The notes beneath the pieces are model-generated. The model searched no databases, was not told where the DNA came from, and worked only from the letters and a program-made list of their open reading frames with translations. From a virus (taxonomy: Duplodnaviria > Heunggongvirae > Uroviricota > Caudoviricetes), in IMG/VR virus record IMGVR_UViG_3300017917_003521: a stretch of 61,745 bases of DNA; one strand, given 5' to 3'. Shown in pieces: positions 10,270 to 20,806 of the stretch (position 1 is the first letter of the stretch; each line of letters opens with the position of its first letter). The position numbers were made by a program, and so were the translations under genes.

Positions 10270-10474
10270 TTATAATTTGGTTTATTTTTTTATTATAGTG
10301 GATATACGTTACAAAGTTTTCATTCGCATACCATATAAGTCAATGTCATTATTTTAGAAAATAAACTGAAAAAAGTTGAATTTTAATTTAAAAATCAAGA
10401 ATTTGTAAAAAAATAAAGAATATATAAAATCACTTTTACAATCGTAAAGGAATAAAAAATCAAAACTAAATGAG

Positions 10475-10705
10475 TTGAAAAACATTCTTAATTCAGAAGT
10501 GGAAACACCTGACGGTAAAGCCACTTTAAAAGAAATCTATGTAACAGAATTAGGTTACATTATGGTTAAAATTTACTACCCATCAAGAGGTGTATTTATT
10601 AACTACAACGTAGAAAACGTTAAAAATTTATTAGAGGGAAAGGGGATAAATCTACTATCTGGATTTGAAGAAAGGATAACATTAGAAGAAAAGTTGGTTG
10701 ATTAA
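10475..10705 (+). CDS. Hypothetical protein (TTG start)
   Basis: ORF track; followed by a hairpin and T-tract. Confidence 0.6.
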   Translation: MKNILNSEVETPDGKATLKEIYVTELGYIMVKIYYPSRGVFINYNVENVKNLLEGKGINLLSGFEERITLEEKLVD

Positions 10706-10765
10706 CAATCAACTTTTTCTTTTTTAAATTATTTCATTATATTTGCTTTTGATATATACACTATC

Positions 10766-11410
10766 ATGAGTAAGTACAATAGAACATATCATTTGCCTTG
10801 GTCACCTGGTTCAACCAATGATGATAGAATATCTAATGACGTTAGTTCGTTGTTAGGTAAAGAAATTGTTATTACTGAAAAACTAGATGGTGAAAATTGT
10901 GGAATGACAGATGATGGTGTTTATGCCAGAAGTCATGCAGCATTCACTACATCACCTTGGTCTAGAGAAGTTAGACAATTACATAAAATTTCAGTTGAAG
11001 GTAATTTAGGTGATGGTGTTTATCTATTTGGAGAAAACATGGAAGGTATTCACTCTATTGAATATACTAACTTAAAATCTTACTTTTATATTTTTGGAGT
11101 TAGAGATAATAACATTTGGATTCCTTGGGATAAAGTTGAGGAATATTCTTATCTTTTAGATATACCAACGGTTCCAGTTTTATTCAAAGGTGTTGTTAAC
11201 AATGAAAAAGAATTAAAAGACTTAGTTGAAAAGTTAGTTAAAGAACAATCTTCATTAGGTGGTCCAAGAGAAGGTATTGTTGTTAGAAGTGCTTCTTTAT
11301 TTCACAACGATGATTTTGCTGAGAATGTAATGAAGTGGGTTAGAAAGGGACATGTTCAAACTGATGAACATTGGACTCGCAACTGGGTCAAAGCTAAAAT
11401 TAATTATTAA
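10766..11410 (+). CDS. RNA ligase family nucleotidyltransferase (Rnl2-like catalytic domain)
   Basis: KY.RT.HLPWSPG, motif I EKLDGEN, FGEN, EGIVVR, KWVR. Confidence 0.85.
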   Translation: MSKYNRTYHLPWSPGSTNDDRISNDVSSLLGKEIVITEKLDGENCGMTDDGVYARSHAAFTTSPWSREVRQLHKISVEGNLGDGVYLFGENMEGIHSIEYTNLKSYFYIFGVRDNNIWIPWDKVEEYSYLLDIPTVPVLFKGVVNNEKELKDLVEKLVKEQSSLGGPREGIVVRSASLFHNDDFAENVMKWVRKGHVQTDEHWTRNWVKAKINY

Positions 11411-11412
11411 TT

Positions 11413-11601
11413 ATGGAACTTGAAAATAAAATTGAATTAAACAAACAAATTAGAGCTTACAAAGGAACAAATAGTTTTGTTCTTTCTTTACAGAAACAAC
11501 TTAAAACAAATAAGTTTTTAACAAAGGTTGAATGGAAAGGAAAACAAACTAAAATTCTAAGCGACAAACAATACGAAGCGGCTAAAAGTGCCTTAGTATA
11601 A
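11413..11601 (+). CDS. Hypothetical protein
   Basis: ORF track. Confidence 0.65.
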   Translation: MELENKIELNKQIRAYKGTNSFVLSLQKQLKTNKFLTKVEWKGKQTKILSDKQYEAAKSALV

Positions 11602-11628
11602 AAAAAGAGACCAATTGGTCTCTTTTTT
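11601..11628. terminator. Bidirectional intrinsic terminator
   Basis: AAAAAAGAGACC-AATT-GGTCTCTTTTTT. Confidence 0.85.
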
Positions 11629-12802
11629 ATTTTAATCTCTTAAATGCTATTGAAATTTGTTTAAGATCAATTTGAGTTACTTTATTTCTTTCTATCAAAT
11701 CCTCAGCTCTTTCTGGATATCTTTCTAAGTCAACATTTAATGACCATGATTCAGTACAATTATCTAAGTCTGATAAAAGAGTTTCTATATCAGAACCTGT
11801 TAAAATTAATATGTTTTGTCTAGATTGTGGTGCAAAATCTACAGTCAACTTTTCAACATTAAGTGTTTTGTAGTGTCTATTCCAAAGCGCTTTATCAGTA
11901 TCTTCATCATATCTATTTGAGTATTCCTTAGCCGCTGGAATTATTTCTGTTCCAAATCTACCAGCATTACCATTATAAAATAGAGGTCCTTTAACTCTAT
12001 ACTTAATAATGTAATTAAAATTAAGATTTTCACTTTTTAGATAATCTTTAATTCTCTCAGAAACATCAATTAATAAAGAGTTGACATCACTTGAATATGG
12101 AAGGCTTTTAGCTTCATCAACTTTTATATCTAAGCTAAGATAATCTTGTTCTTTACTAAAGTATGGCTTTACATCAACTGGTAATTCATCTTCAATTTCT
12201 AGACAGATATCATCTACTAATTGTTGAACTTCTTTAACCTTTTCTAATTCATCGTATTTTGCTGCAATTAGAATCATTGGAAAGTTAGCAGGGTCTTTTA
12301 ATTTAGATGGATATAACTTACCTTTAGAGTTTTTAGACATAATAAAATCATCCTCAGGGTAAATATCAGAATCACTTAATCTATAACCTTTATAAGTATC
12401 ACCTTTAGATATTTCATCTTTAGAAATATAAATAACATCTCTACCAATTTTACCATGTTCTCCGCCTCCAGTTGATTTATAATCTTTAGCTAAGTAGAGA
12501 TTCCAATCTCTTAAAAACATAGCCCATTTTAATGAGTTCGGTGGAAGTTTGTCTATAGTTATTTTTTCTAATTCATGTTTCATTGTCTGTGTATCACCTA
12601 TGTAAAATGGTGAATCTCTGTGACCTTTAGTAGCTCTTTTTAATTCACTCCATTTAAGATTCAACATTGGGTAAATGCCTAATAGTTTTTTACCCAAGAA
12701 ACCTATAATAGCATTAGGAATAAATCTAATAGATCTTTTTTCAGAAGGAGTTAATTCTTCGTTTACTTTATTAAAGTTTTTATATGATTGTAAATGTTTC
12801 AT
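11627..12802 (-). CDS. Hypothetical protein with N-terminal MKHL motif
   Basis: MKHLQSYKNFNKVNEE. Confidence 0.8.
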   Translation of the reverse strand: MKHLQSYKNFNKVNEELTPSEKRSIRFIPNAIIGFLGKKLLGIYPMLNLKWSELKRATKGHRDSPFYIGDTQTMKHELEKITIDKLPPNSLKWAMFLRDWNLYLAKDYKSTGGGEHGKIGRDVIYISKDEISKGDTYKGYRLSDSDIYPEDDFIMSKNSKGKLYPSKLKDPANFPMILIAAKYDELEKVKEVQQLVDDICLEIEDELPVDVKPYFSKEQDYLSLDIKVDEAKSLPYSSDVNSLLIDVSERIKDYLKSENLNFNYIIKYRVKGPLFYNGNAGRFGTEIIPAAKEYSNRYDEDTDKALWNRHYKTLNVEKLTVDFAPQSRQNILILTGSDIETLLSDLDNCTESWSLNVDLERYPERAEDLIERNKVTQIDLKQISIAFKRLK

Positions 12803-12814
12803 AAAGTATATATA

Positions 12815-13216
12815 TTATTTAATAGGATCAAATATGAAAGCCACTTCATATATCTTATTTTTCTCAATGAATTCTGGCTCAGTTATATAGTTTAAGAAAT
12901 AGTTATAATTGCCAAAATTAATAAATTCTTTAATTTTAATATGTGGGCCATAAAAACTAAGATGAATCTTTGTTAGTTTCCAACCATTTTCACAAATGTA
13001 GTCTTTTGATCTTTCAAAATATTCTTTAATATCTGACCATTGAAATAATTCATCCTTTGATACTTCTACACAAAACATATCAACACCTTGTGGTCTCATG
13101 TCAACATTTACTTGATATCTAGAATCTTCAAGTTCAAGAAGCATATCTTTAACATCTAATTCTAAATCAGAGCTAGATATATTCTCAAATAATTTATATG
13201 TTTTTAAGTATTTCAT
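12815..13216 (-). CDS. MKHL-motif family protein
   Basis: MKYLKTYKLFEN; DVKDMLLELED. Confidence 0.8.
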   Translation of the reverse strand: MKYLKTYKLFENISSSDLELDVKDMLLELEDSRYQVNVDMRPQGVDMFCVEVSKDELFQWSDIKEYFERSKDYICENGWKLTKIHLSFYGPHIKIKEFINFGNYNYFLNYITEPEFIEKNKIYEVAFIFDPIK

Positions 13217-13219
13217 ATA

Positions 13220-13864
13220 TTAATATTCGCTATCATTTATATCCTTATCAGCTAATGCTTTTATAGCTTGTTCAATAGATTTATATTCTTTTTGATAATG
13301 ACGACCCGATTTAACAATTACTTTATCATCACAATAAAATAATGCATAATCATAATCACCACTATTATTAAATAATACATTAAATCTTGTAGCATCTTGA
13401 CCATCAAGTTTTACCTTTTTCAAATTTTTGTGTAAAAAATTAATAGCTTTTATACCTTCATCATTTGATTCATATGAATCATCATCAGTAACCCAACTAC
13501 TCATACAAATATTAAAAATATATTGATTAGTATCACCATTAAAACCAGAATCCATAACTCCTTCTAGTTGTCCTAAGTATTTATGTGATATCTCATAGTG
13601 TTTAGATGTAGTATGATGTCCGTGTTCTAAAACCCAATCAATTTGAAACTTATCTAAATCCCAAATAGATTCGGGCCAATCCTTAGTTAATTCTTCTTCA
13701 GAAGATTCTTTTCTATATTTTTGAATACCTACTATTTGTGATATTTCTCTTTGTATATCATTATATTCAATTCTTAACCAATGTAGCTTTTCCTCAAGCT
13801 CTTCATCAGTCATTGAATTGAAATTATTAGATTCAAATATTTTATAAGACTTTAACTTTTTCAT
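13220..13864 (-). CDS. MKHL-motif family protein
   Basis: MKKLKSYKIFES. Confidence 0.8.
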   Translation of the reverse strand: MKKLKSYKIFESNNFNSMTDEELEEKLHWLRIEYNDIQREISQIVGIQKYRKESSEEELTKDWPESIWDLDKFQIDWVLEHGHHTTSKHYEISHKYLGQLEGVMDSGFNGDTNQYIFNICMSSWVTDDDSYESNDEGIKAINFLHKNLKKVKLDGQDATRFNVLFNNSGDYDYALFYCDDKVIVKSGRHYQKEYKSIEQAIKALADKDINDSEY

Positions 13865-14160
13865 ATTCCTCTAACATCATGTATTGATTGTGGTGGTGTT
13901 TCAGCCATATCTGATATGTCAAAACATAAAGATTCATCTTTACATTTTTCTTTTTCAACTTCTACAAAAGCACCGGTCATTTTAACACCTGCTTCAAATC
14001 CTTCAATCCACTCATCAATTTTATCGTGGTAGTAATCACCATATTTTTCTAATTGTCCATTAACATAAAGAGCAACAACACCATCACCACCGCCTCTAAA
14101 ATCAACTATAGTTAATCTATAAGTTGTTGAACTTTCGTTATATTTTCTTAAATGCTTCAT
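13861..14160 (-). CDS. MKHL-motif family protein
   Basis: MKHLRKYNES. Confidence 0.8.
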   Translation of the reverse strand: MKHLRKYNESSTTYRLTIVDFRGGGDGVVALYVNGQLEKYGDYYHDKIDEWIEGFEAGVKMTGAFVEVEKEKCKDESLCFDISDMAETPPQSIHDVRGI

Positions 14161-14164
14161 TATG

Positions 14165-14527
14165 TTACTTTAATTTATTTTTTGGATCATCTATCCATAT
14201 CTCTACATCTTTAGAGTCACCGTCAAAAAGATTCACTATTCTAACTTCTCTACCAAAAGCATCTTGTAATCTTTTACAGCATTCAAAAATATCATTAAAA
14301 TATTTTAATCTTTTCTCAATGTTATTAAGACGAATAGAAGATTCATTATAAATCGGAAGAGGTTTTATTGTAATAACGGTATAAATATTACCATCATATT
14401 TACGATTTGTTATTTCACCTTGAATTGATGAGTACTCATGCTTCAACTCTAATATAATTTCTTTTATTAAAGTTATATCATCATTACTAAAAGCATCCGC
14501 CTCATTATATTTCTTTAGGTGTTTCAT
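14165..14527 (-). CDS. MKHL-motif family protein
   Basis: MKHLKKYNEA. Confidence 0.8.
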   Translation of the reverse strand: MKHLKKYNEADAFSNDDITLIKEIILELKHEYSSIQGEITNRKYDGNIYTVITIKPLPIYNESSIRLNNIEKRLKYFNDIFECCKRLQDAFGREVRIVNLFDGDSKDVEIWIDDPKNKLK

Positions 14528-14529
14528 CT

Positions 14530-14994
14530 TTAATCTTTTTTTCTAAATGCAAATGTTACAGAATCAACATTTTGATTATCTGGTAAAGCATCTATTGACT
14601 TGTAATATAAATATCTAGGAACTCTCATTGTATAGATATATTCTACTTCAAGACCTAGTTCATCTTTTGCATAAGATTCTGCGAATCTTAATGATTCTTT
14701 AATATCACCTACATTAAATTCTTTTAAAGTTGGTCCAAAAAATCTTGTATTATCTTGTGCTAAAACTCTTTTTTCAATTTTAACATCTACCGTTTTAATA
14801 CTTTGAAGTGGTTGACCTGGTTCTTCATCCATATAATGAATGTCAATTACATCAGATTTTGAAAAGTCTAAACGTCTAGTATTAGACTCATTAACAGTGA
14901 CTTTAAATCCTTCGTCTTTTAATTCTTGGAATATATCAGTAAATATACTAAGGTCTTGTGACTCAAATAACTTATATGATTTTAAATGCTTCAT
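14530..14994 (-). CDS. MKHL-motif family protein
   Basis: MKHLKSYKLFES; DIFQELKDEGFKV. Confidence 0.8.
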   Translation of the reverse strand: MKHLKSYKLFESQDLSIFTDIFQELKDEGFKVTVNESNTRRLDFSKSDVIDIHYMDEEPGQPLQSIKTVDVKIEKRVLAQDNTRFFGPTLKEFNVGDIKESLRFAESYAKDELGLEVEYIYTMRVPRYLYYKSIDALPDNQNVDSVTFAFRKKD

Positions 14995-15004
14995 AGAGTA
15001 TATA

Positions 15005-15532
15005 TTAAACTTTCATCTCAATTCTTAAACTTGTAAAAGAAATGAAATCTCCTAAATTATCAAAATCCTCAGGTTTATGCCAACCAATACCAAATTCACC
15101 AACACCACTAGTAAACATTCTAAATGGTGAATTTGTATTGTATTTAATTCCTATTTTAGCAAGTTCTTGAGAAGTTTTACCACTTATACCTGGTGTGTAT
15201 TCATTTCCGGAATATTCATAGTACCAATCATTTAATCTAATAATATCATCCTTTACCTCTTTCCATAAGAAAATATTACCTGGATATGTACCACCTGGAG
15301 GTTCTGGAGCACCTGGTATGACTCTTTGTGGTGCACCCCAAGGTCTCATAATACGAACTTCTATAAAAGTCTCGGTATAACCTTTTATAGATGAATCTTC
15401 TTTATCTTTACGAGTTCTATCTATTTCAACTTGAAATCCTTGATCTTCTAATTCAAGTAAGATATCTTTAATGATATCTTCCATATCATCAATTCGAGAT
15501 TCAAATAGTTTAAATGTTTTTAAGTGTCTCAT
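15005..15532 (-). CDS. MKHL-motif family protein (start reassigned to 15532)
   Basis: MRHLKTFKLFES; IKDILLELEDQGFQV. Confidence 0.8.
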   Translation of the reverse strand: MRHLKTFKLFESRIDDMEDIIKDILLELEDQGFQVEIDRTRKDKEDSSIKGYTETFIEVRIMRPWGAPQRVIPGAPEPPGGTYPGNIFLWKEVKDDIIRLNDWYYEYSGNEYTPGISGKTSQELAKIGIKYNTNSPFRMFTSGVGEFGIGWHKPEDFDNLGDFISFTSLRIEMKV

Positions 15533-16121
15533 TAAACTCATTAAACTTTTTTATCTTGAAGATAGAACTAATATTAGATAGTTTCATTTTAATTTGATTA
15601 GCAAGTAAACCTTGAATACGATTAAATCTTCTGTTTTTTTCCAATTCATCCATAATTTTAACGGTTTCTTGGAAATATTTATTTCTAAATTTTTCAGAAG
15701 CTGTAAATGCATCTGAAATGTTTTGTAATCTATCTGCTAGTTTTATAATTAAAGCATCATTAGACATATGAATCATCTTAACTATAAGATAATCTGCTTT
15801 ACTGTCAAAGTCTTCTTCAATCTCTTCTTTAGAAGAAGTTAACTCCATAACAATATCAGCAACTCTTTTACCAAACTTATCTTTAATAATTTGGTAACCA
15901 ACTTCTTTATCTTCAAAACAATCTTCAATAGTGTCGTGTAGTAAAGCAGCACAAAGTAAATCTTCATCAGTTGTATATTGTTTAACAATGCCATTTACTT
16001 TTTGAACATGAGCCATAAAGTAAGACTTATTGATAAACTTTCTAATTTGGTCTTTATGTAGTTCTTTTGCTAAATCCCAAGCTTCTTTTTCTTTTGCTGT
16101 TATTGGTCTGTTTCTAGTCAT
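15510..16121 (-). CDS. RelA/SpoT-type HD hydrolase (Mesh1 / small alarmone hydrolase-like)
   Basis: HKDQIRK..Y..H..V, AALLHDTIED, FGKRVADIVMELT, IKLADRLQN. Confidence 0.88.
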   Translation of the reverse strand: MTRNRPITAKEKEAWDLAKELHKDQIRKFINKSYFMAHVQKVNGIVKQYTTDEDLLCAALLHDTIEDCFEDKEVGYQIIKDKFGKRVADIVMELTSSKEEIEEDFDSKADYLIVKMIHMSNDALIIKLADRLQNISDAFTASEKFRNKYFQETVKIMDELEKNRRFNRIQGLLANQIKMKLSNISSIFKIKKFNEFNETLKNI

Positions 16122-16243
16122 ATTGTATATATTAAATAAATTTTGTATTTTTGCTTTTGATTCACTAATCTGATATTCACAAGATAGTATAAAAAAATTA
16201 ATTATACAAGTTATTAGTGACTTATTTTAATATATAAAAAAAT

Positions 16244-16831
16244 ATGAGTGAAATTAGAATATCTTGTGCCGCATTGGCATCAATTATGATAGATGGTAAG
16301 TACCTACTTCTTTTAAATAAACGTTCTTATAGAGAAGGTAGAATTGTTTATACACCAATTGGTGGTGCTTTAGAATACTTGCCTAGTGGTAAGGCTTTCT
16401 TAGATAATTTAGGAGCAAGATATGAAAGAGAAACACCTGATTTAAGATTTAAAATGGACTCTGAAAATCTAGAACTGTTCAAGTTTTGGTTTGAAAAAGG
16501 TATAGATAGAGAAAGAGACGTTGTTAGAGAATTAACAGAAGAAATGATAGAAGAAGAAAATATCTTTGATACATTAAATTCAAATGACTATGATATATCT
16601 TACCTTAGAACAGAAACACCGATTAATCCTTATAAAGGTATTATGAATAATTTCTTCTTTGAAATATATGATGTTAGATTCTCAGAAGAAAAAATTAATG
16701 TGATTAAAGATTATATTAATAATCAAGGTCAAGTTAAAAAAGCTATATTAGTGACTGAAAAAGAAATTAAAAATGGTCTAACCATAAATAAAATAGAAAT
16801 TGGCAACAATGCCAAATCAATACTACAATGA
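16244..16831 (+). CDS. NUDIX-fold protein resembling the SMODS-associated NUDIX domain
   Basis: RISCAAL..I..GKYLL, YTPIGG, DLRF, RE..RELTEE. Confidence 0.7.
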   Translation: MSEIRISCAALASIMIDGKYLLLLNKRSYREGRIVYTPIGGALEYLPSGKAFLDNLGARYERETPDLRFKMDSENLELFKFWFEKGIDRERDVVRELTEEMIEEENIFDTLNSNDYDISYLRTETPINPYKGIMNNFFFEIYDVRFSEEKINVIKDYINNQGQVKKAILVTEKEIKNGLTINKIEIGNNAKSILQ

Positions 16832-18165
16832 AAAAACTATTTAGATATAACGAATTTTTAAAAGAAAGCGTTTCTCAAAATGCTATACCAACATATGAAC
16901 AAGCATTAGAACTATGTTCAGTTCCTGAATCACCATTTTATGAATCTAAAATGGTTGTTGATGGATATCCAGTATCTGTATTTAACTATCGTCTTGCTCA
17001 ATATAAAGACTTCTCTAATCCTATTCCTGAAAAACCAGAATTAAAAGGTTATGAAATGAGAGGATTAACATTTGTATTCGATAAAGACGGTTCTTTATTC
17101 AATAGATATGTTTTGCTTGAAAAGTTCTTTAACTTAAATCAAGTACCGGAATCTTTATACTCTGTTGTTAAAAATTACAAGATTAAATTCATAAATAATA
17201 AAGAGGATGGTTCTATCGCTTCTTTTGTTAAATTACCAAATGGTAAAATAGTTGGTAAGTCTAAAATGGGATTTGATAATGACCAGGCAGATGGTATTAA
17301 TCGTGTTTACAAAACAAACAACGAGGTTAAATCATTTGTTGATTGGGCTCTAAATAATGATATTGTTCCAATATTTGAATATGTAGCACCACATAATCGT
17401 ATAGTTTTAAGATATCCAAGTGAAGAATTAATTCTTCTTCGTCTTAGAGATAATAAGACAGGTAAACACATTGATATAAGAGAACATCTTGATAAATTAG
17501 GAACTATTAGAGTTGCACCATTTGAGGATGAAGTAAAAGACTTAGACCATTTAATTGAATTAACTGCTACTCAAGTAGACAAAGAAGGATCTATTGTTAC
17601 TTGTGAAGATGAAAACGGTAAAGACTTTTTCTTTAAGTTAAAGACTCCTTGGTACTGTGAACGTCACGGTTTATTAACCGAAGACCTTTACAGAGAGCAT
17701 GTTATTATTGGTTACATCTTAGATGATAAGATAGATGATATCTTAGGTCAAGTACCAGAGGATGAAAAAGAAGCACATATTAGAATTAACAAAATTATTT
17801 CTATTGTGAAAAGATCAATTTCTGATAAAGTTTCAGAGATTGAAAACGCTTATGACCAATTTGTAAAGTCAGGTATGACTAAAAAAGATTATGCTTTGAA
17901 ACAAAGAGTTGGTAATCCAAACTTCGGATTTGTAATGAATATGGTAAAGTCTGATGATTTGAAAAAGATGTCTAAAGAAGAAATTCTTGATATCTATGAT
18001 GATTTAGAAGACTACGAAAAAGCATTACAAAGATGTGAGCCGTATGAAATGGCTAAAGAGTGGTTAAGAGACCAAACTAAAAGATTGGCAATTGCTAGAG
18101 AATGGTTACAAAAGAAAGATCCAACACTATTCTTCAAGGATCCAGAAGAAAATGATGATAATTAA
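16828..18165 (+). CDS. T4 Rnl1-like RNA ligase with N-terminal CTS-like motif
   Basis: EMRGLTF, KFFNLNQ, KEDGS, FEYVAPHNRIVLRY, EG, KLKTPWY; starts MKKLFRYNEFLKES. Confidence 0.88.
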   Translation: MKKLFRYNEFLKESVSQNAIPTYEQALELCSVPESPFYESKMVVDGYPVSVFNYRLAQYKDFSNPIPEKPELKGYEMRGLTFVFDKDGSLFNRYVLLEKFFNLNQVPESLYSVVKNYKIKFINNKEDGSIASFVKLPNGKIVGKSKMGFDNDQADGINRVYKTNNEVKSFVDWALNNDIVPIFEYVAPHNRIVLRYPSEELILLRLRDNKTGKHIDIREHLDKLGTIRVAPFEDEVKDLDHLIELTATQVDKEGSIVTCEDENGKDFFFKLKTPWYCERHGLLTEDLYREHVIIGYILDDKIDDILGQVPEDEKEAHIRINKIISIVKRSISDKVSEIENAYDQFVKSGMTKKDYALKQRVGNPNFGFVMNMVKSDDLKKMSKEEILDIYDDLEDYEKALQRCEPYEMAKEWLRDQTKRLAIAREWLQKKDPTLFFKDPEENDDN

Positions 18166-18219
18166 AGAGAGTTTTTTAACTCTCTTTTTTTATATATAGA
18201 TAAATATTAGTATATTTAC

Positions 18220-18465
18220 ATGAGAATTTTAAGATTTAGTGAAATGAAAGTAAATGACCCAGAACACAGATGTAGAATATGCGGAGCCCCTCTTTATAGA
18301 ACCGATGGTGGTGGTCCAACAGTTACTTTGCAGTGTTCTTCTGATGAGGCAAAATTTTGGAACTTTAATAGAGGAACTAAAGCTCAAAATGATGCTCATA
18401 AACACTTCACCGGTTCATTAATGAATATATCTCATGAAGATTGGGAACACCTTGAAGTTTATTAA
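18220..18465 (+). CDS. Small zinc-binding protein
   Basis: CRICG...C..H; starts MRILRFSE. Confidence 0.65.
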   Translation: MRILRFSEMKVNDPEHRCRICGAPLYRTDGGGPTVTLQCSSDEAKFWNFNRGTKAQNDAHKHFTGSLMNISHEDWEHLEVY

Positions 18466-18746
18466 AAACTTCTAAAATCTTTTACAAAACCAATATTCTG
18501 TAAAACCGGTGCCATATTTTTGATACTATCAATTGGTATAAGAGTTTTTATCTTATCACTATTTAAGCAAGATTTCATTTCATCTGGATACTCAGTAAAA
18601 TAATCAATTAAGAAACTTACATTTTCTTCTTCACTCTTCGAATCATCCCAAAGATGTCTAAGATTAGGTTTATTTTTTTCTATAAACTCTAATACATCCT
18701 TGTTTATAACAGGATTCCATTCAGACCATTCTTTTATAAATTTCAT
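18462..18746 (-). CDS. Hypothetical protein
   Basis: Late-type promoter directly upstream; starts MKFIKEWSEW. Confidence 0.7.
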   Translation of the reverse strand: MKFIKEWSEWNPVINKDVLEFIEKNKPNLRHLWDDSKSEEENVSFLIDYFTEYPDEMKSCLNSDKIKTLIPIDSIKNMAPVLQNIGFVKDFRSF

Positions 18747-18875
18747 AAATTATATATTAAACTTTTGATATTATAAAGTATATAAAACCTGTGTCACTAA
18801 AATATGACAAAATGTCATATCTTAAACTTTGGCATTTAAATTGATATAACAAATATTAAAAAAAGAAAAAAATAT

Positions 18876-20756
18876 ATGGCAAAAGATGTAATTATTGGAA
18901 TTGACTTAGGAACTACCAACTCTTGTGTTGCAGTAGTTGAAGGTGGTGAACCAATAGTAATCACCAACTCTGAAGGTAAAAGAACAACTCCCTCTGTTGT
19001 AGGCTTTACTGACAAAGACAGAAAAATTGGTGACCCAGCTAAAAGACAAGCGGTTACTAATCCAAAAAACACAATTTATTCAATTAAAAGATTTATTGGT
19101 AAAGACTATTCAGTTTGTACCGATGAAGTTAAAAAAGTTCCATATCAAGTTGTTAAATCTGGGAATAATGTTCCAGGTGTTCAAATTGATGATAGAACAT
19201 ATACTCCTCAAGAAATCTCTGCTATGATTCTTCAGAAAATGAAGAAAACTGCTGAAGATTACTTAGGTTATGAAGTAAAAAGAGCTGTTATTACAGTTCC
19301 TGCTTACTTCGGTGACGCTGAAAGAACTGCAACAATTGAAGCTGGTGAAATCGCTGGTTTGAAAGTTGAGCGTATTATTAATGAGCCTACTGCTGCTGCC
19401 TTAGCTTATGGTTTAGACAAGAAGAATACAGATTCTAAAATCTTAGTATTCGACTGTGGTGGTGGTACTCATGACGTATCAGTTCTAGAAATTGGTGATG
19501 GTGTATTTGAAGTTAAATCTACTGACGGTGATACTCACTTAGGTGGTGACGACTTTGACAATGCTATTATCAATTGGATGGTTGAAGAGTTTAAATCCGA
19601 ACACTCTATGGATTTATCTAAGGACCCAATGGCTCTTCAACGTTTGAAGGAAGCGGCTGAAAAAGCTAAGATTGAGTTATCATCTACTTCTCAATCTGAA
19701 ATCAACCTTCCTTATATCACTGCGAAAGATGGTATGCCTTTACACTTTGTAAAACAATTAACTAAAGCTAAGTTTGATCAAATGACTTCTGGTCTTGTTG
19801 ATAGAGCGATTGCTTGTGCTAAATCTGCTTTGAAAAGTGCTGGGTTAAAACCATCTGACATTGATGAGGTTATTCTTGTTGGTGGTTCTACAAGAATTCC
19901 TGCTATTCAAGAAGCATTAGAAAAATACACTGGTAAGAAGCCAAACAAATCAGTTAACCCTGATGAAGTTGTTGCTCTTGGAGCCGCTATTCAAGGTGCT
20001 GTTTTAACTGGTGGTATTACAGACGTATTACTTCTTGACGTAACTCCACTCTCATTGGGTATTGAGACTATGGGTGGTGTAATGACGAGATTGATTGAAG
20101 CTAACACTACAATCCCTACTCGTAAATCTGAAACATTCTCTACTGCTGCTGATAATCAACCATCTGTAGAAATTCACGTTCTACAAGGTGAAAGACCAAT
20201 GGCTAAGGACAACCGTTCTCTTGGTAGATTCCATCTTGATGGTATTATGCCAGCTCCTAGAGGTATTCCTCAAGTAGAGGTAACATTAGATATTGATGCT
20301 AATGGTGTACTTTCAGTATCTGCTAAAGACAAAGCATCTGGTAAGGAAAACAAAATCCGTATCGAAGGTGGTTCTCAATTGTCTAAAGAAGAGATTGAAA
20401 GAATGAAAGCTGAGGCTGAAGCAAATGCTGAGTCTGACCGTATCGAAAGAGAATTGGTCGATAAAGTAAATATGGCTGATAACCTTATCTTCCAAACAGA
20501 AAAACAAATTAAAGAGTTTGCTGATAAATTAACAGAAGATGATAAGTCTGCTTTGAATACTGACTTAGAAGCGTTAAAAACAGCTCATTCATCTAAAGAT
20601 GCTCAAGCAATTGATACGGCATCAGAGAAATTGAATTCAACTTGGTCAACAATCTCAACAAGATTGTATCAAGAGACTCAATCAGAACCACAAACTTCTA
20701 ACACCGACAGTGGTAATGGCGATGTAGAAGATACTTCTTACGAAGAAGTTAAATAA
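18876..20756 (+). CDS. dnaK: Chaperone DnaK (Hsp70)
   Basis: [44 protein letters not shown]. Confidence 0.98.
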   Translation: MAKDVIIGIDLGTTNSCVAVVEGGEPIVITNSEGKRTTPSVVGFTDKDRKIGDPAKRQAVTNPKNTIYSIKRFIGKDYSVCTDEVKKVPYQVVKSGNNVPGVQIDDRTYTPQEISAMILQKMKKTAEDYLGYEVKRAVITVPAYFGDAERTATIEAGEIAGLKVERIINEPTAAALAYGLDKKNTDSKILVFDCGGGTHDVSVLEIGDGVFEVKSTDGDTHLGGDDFDNAIINWMVEEFKSEHSMDLSKDPMALQRLKEAAEKAKIELSSTSQSEINLPYITAKDGMPLHFVKQLTKAKFDQMTSGLVDRAIACAKSALKSAGLKPSDIDEVILVGGSTRIPAIQEALEKYTGKKPNKSVNPDEVVALGAAIQGAVLTGGITDVLLLDVTPLSLGIETMGGVMTRLIEANTTIPTRKSETFSTAADNQPSVEIHVLQGERPMAKDNRSLGRFHLDGIMPAPRGIPQVEVTLDIDANGVLSVSAKDKASGKENKIRIEGGSQLSKEEIERMKAEAEANAESDRIERELVDKVNMADNLIFQTEKQIKEFADKLTEDDKSALNTDLEALKTAHSSKDAQAIDTASEKLNSTWSTISTRLYQETQSEPQTSNTDSGNGDVEDTSYEEVK

Positions 20757-20775
20757 TAGAAACGTAAGAAAAAAG

Positions 20776-20805
20776 AAAAACCCAGTCAAGTGACTGGGTT
20801 TTTTT
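20776..20805. terminator. Bidirectional intrinsic terminator
   Basis: AAAAACCCAGTC-AAGT-GACTGGGTTTTTTT. Confidence 0.85.
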
Positions 20806-20806
20806 A

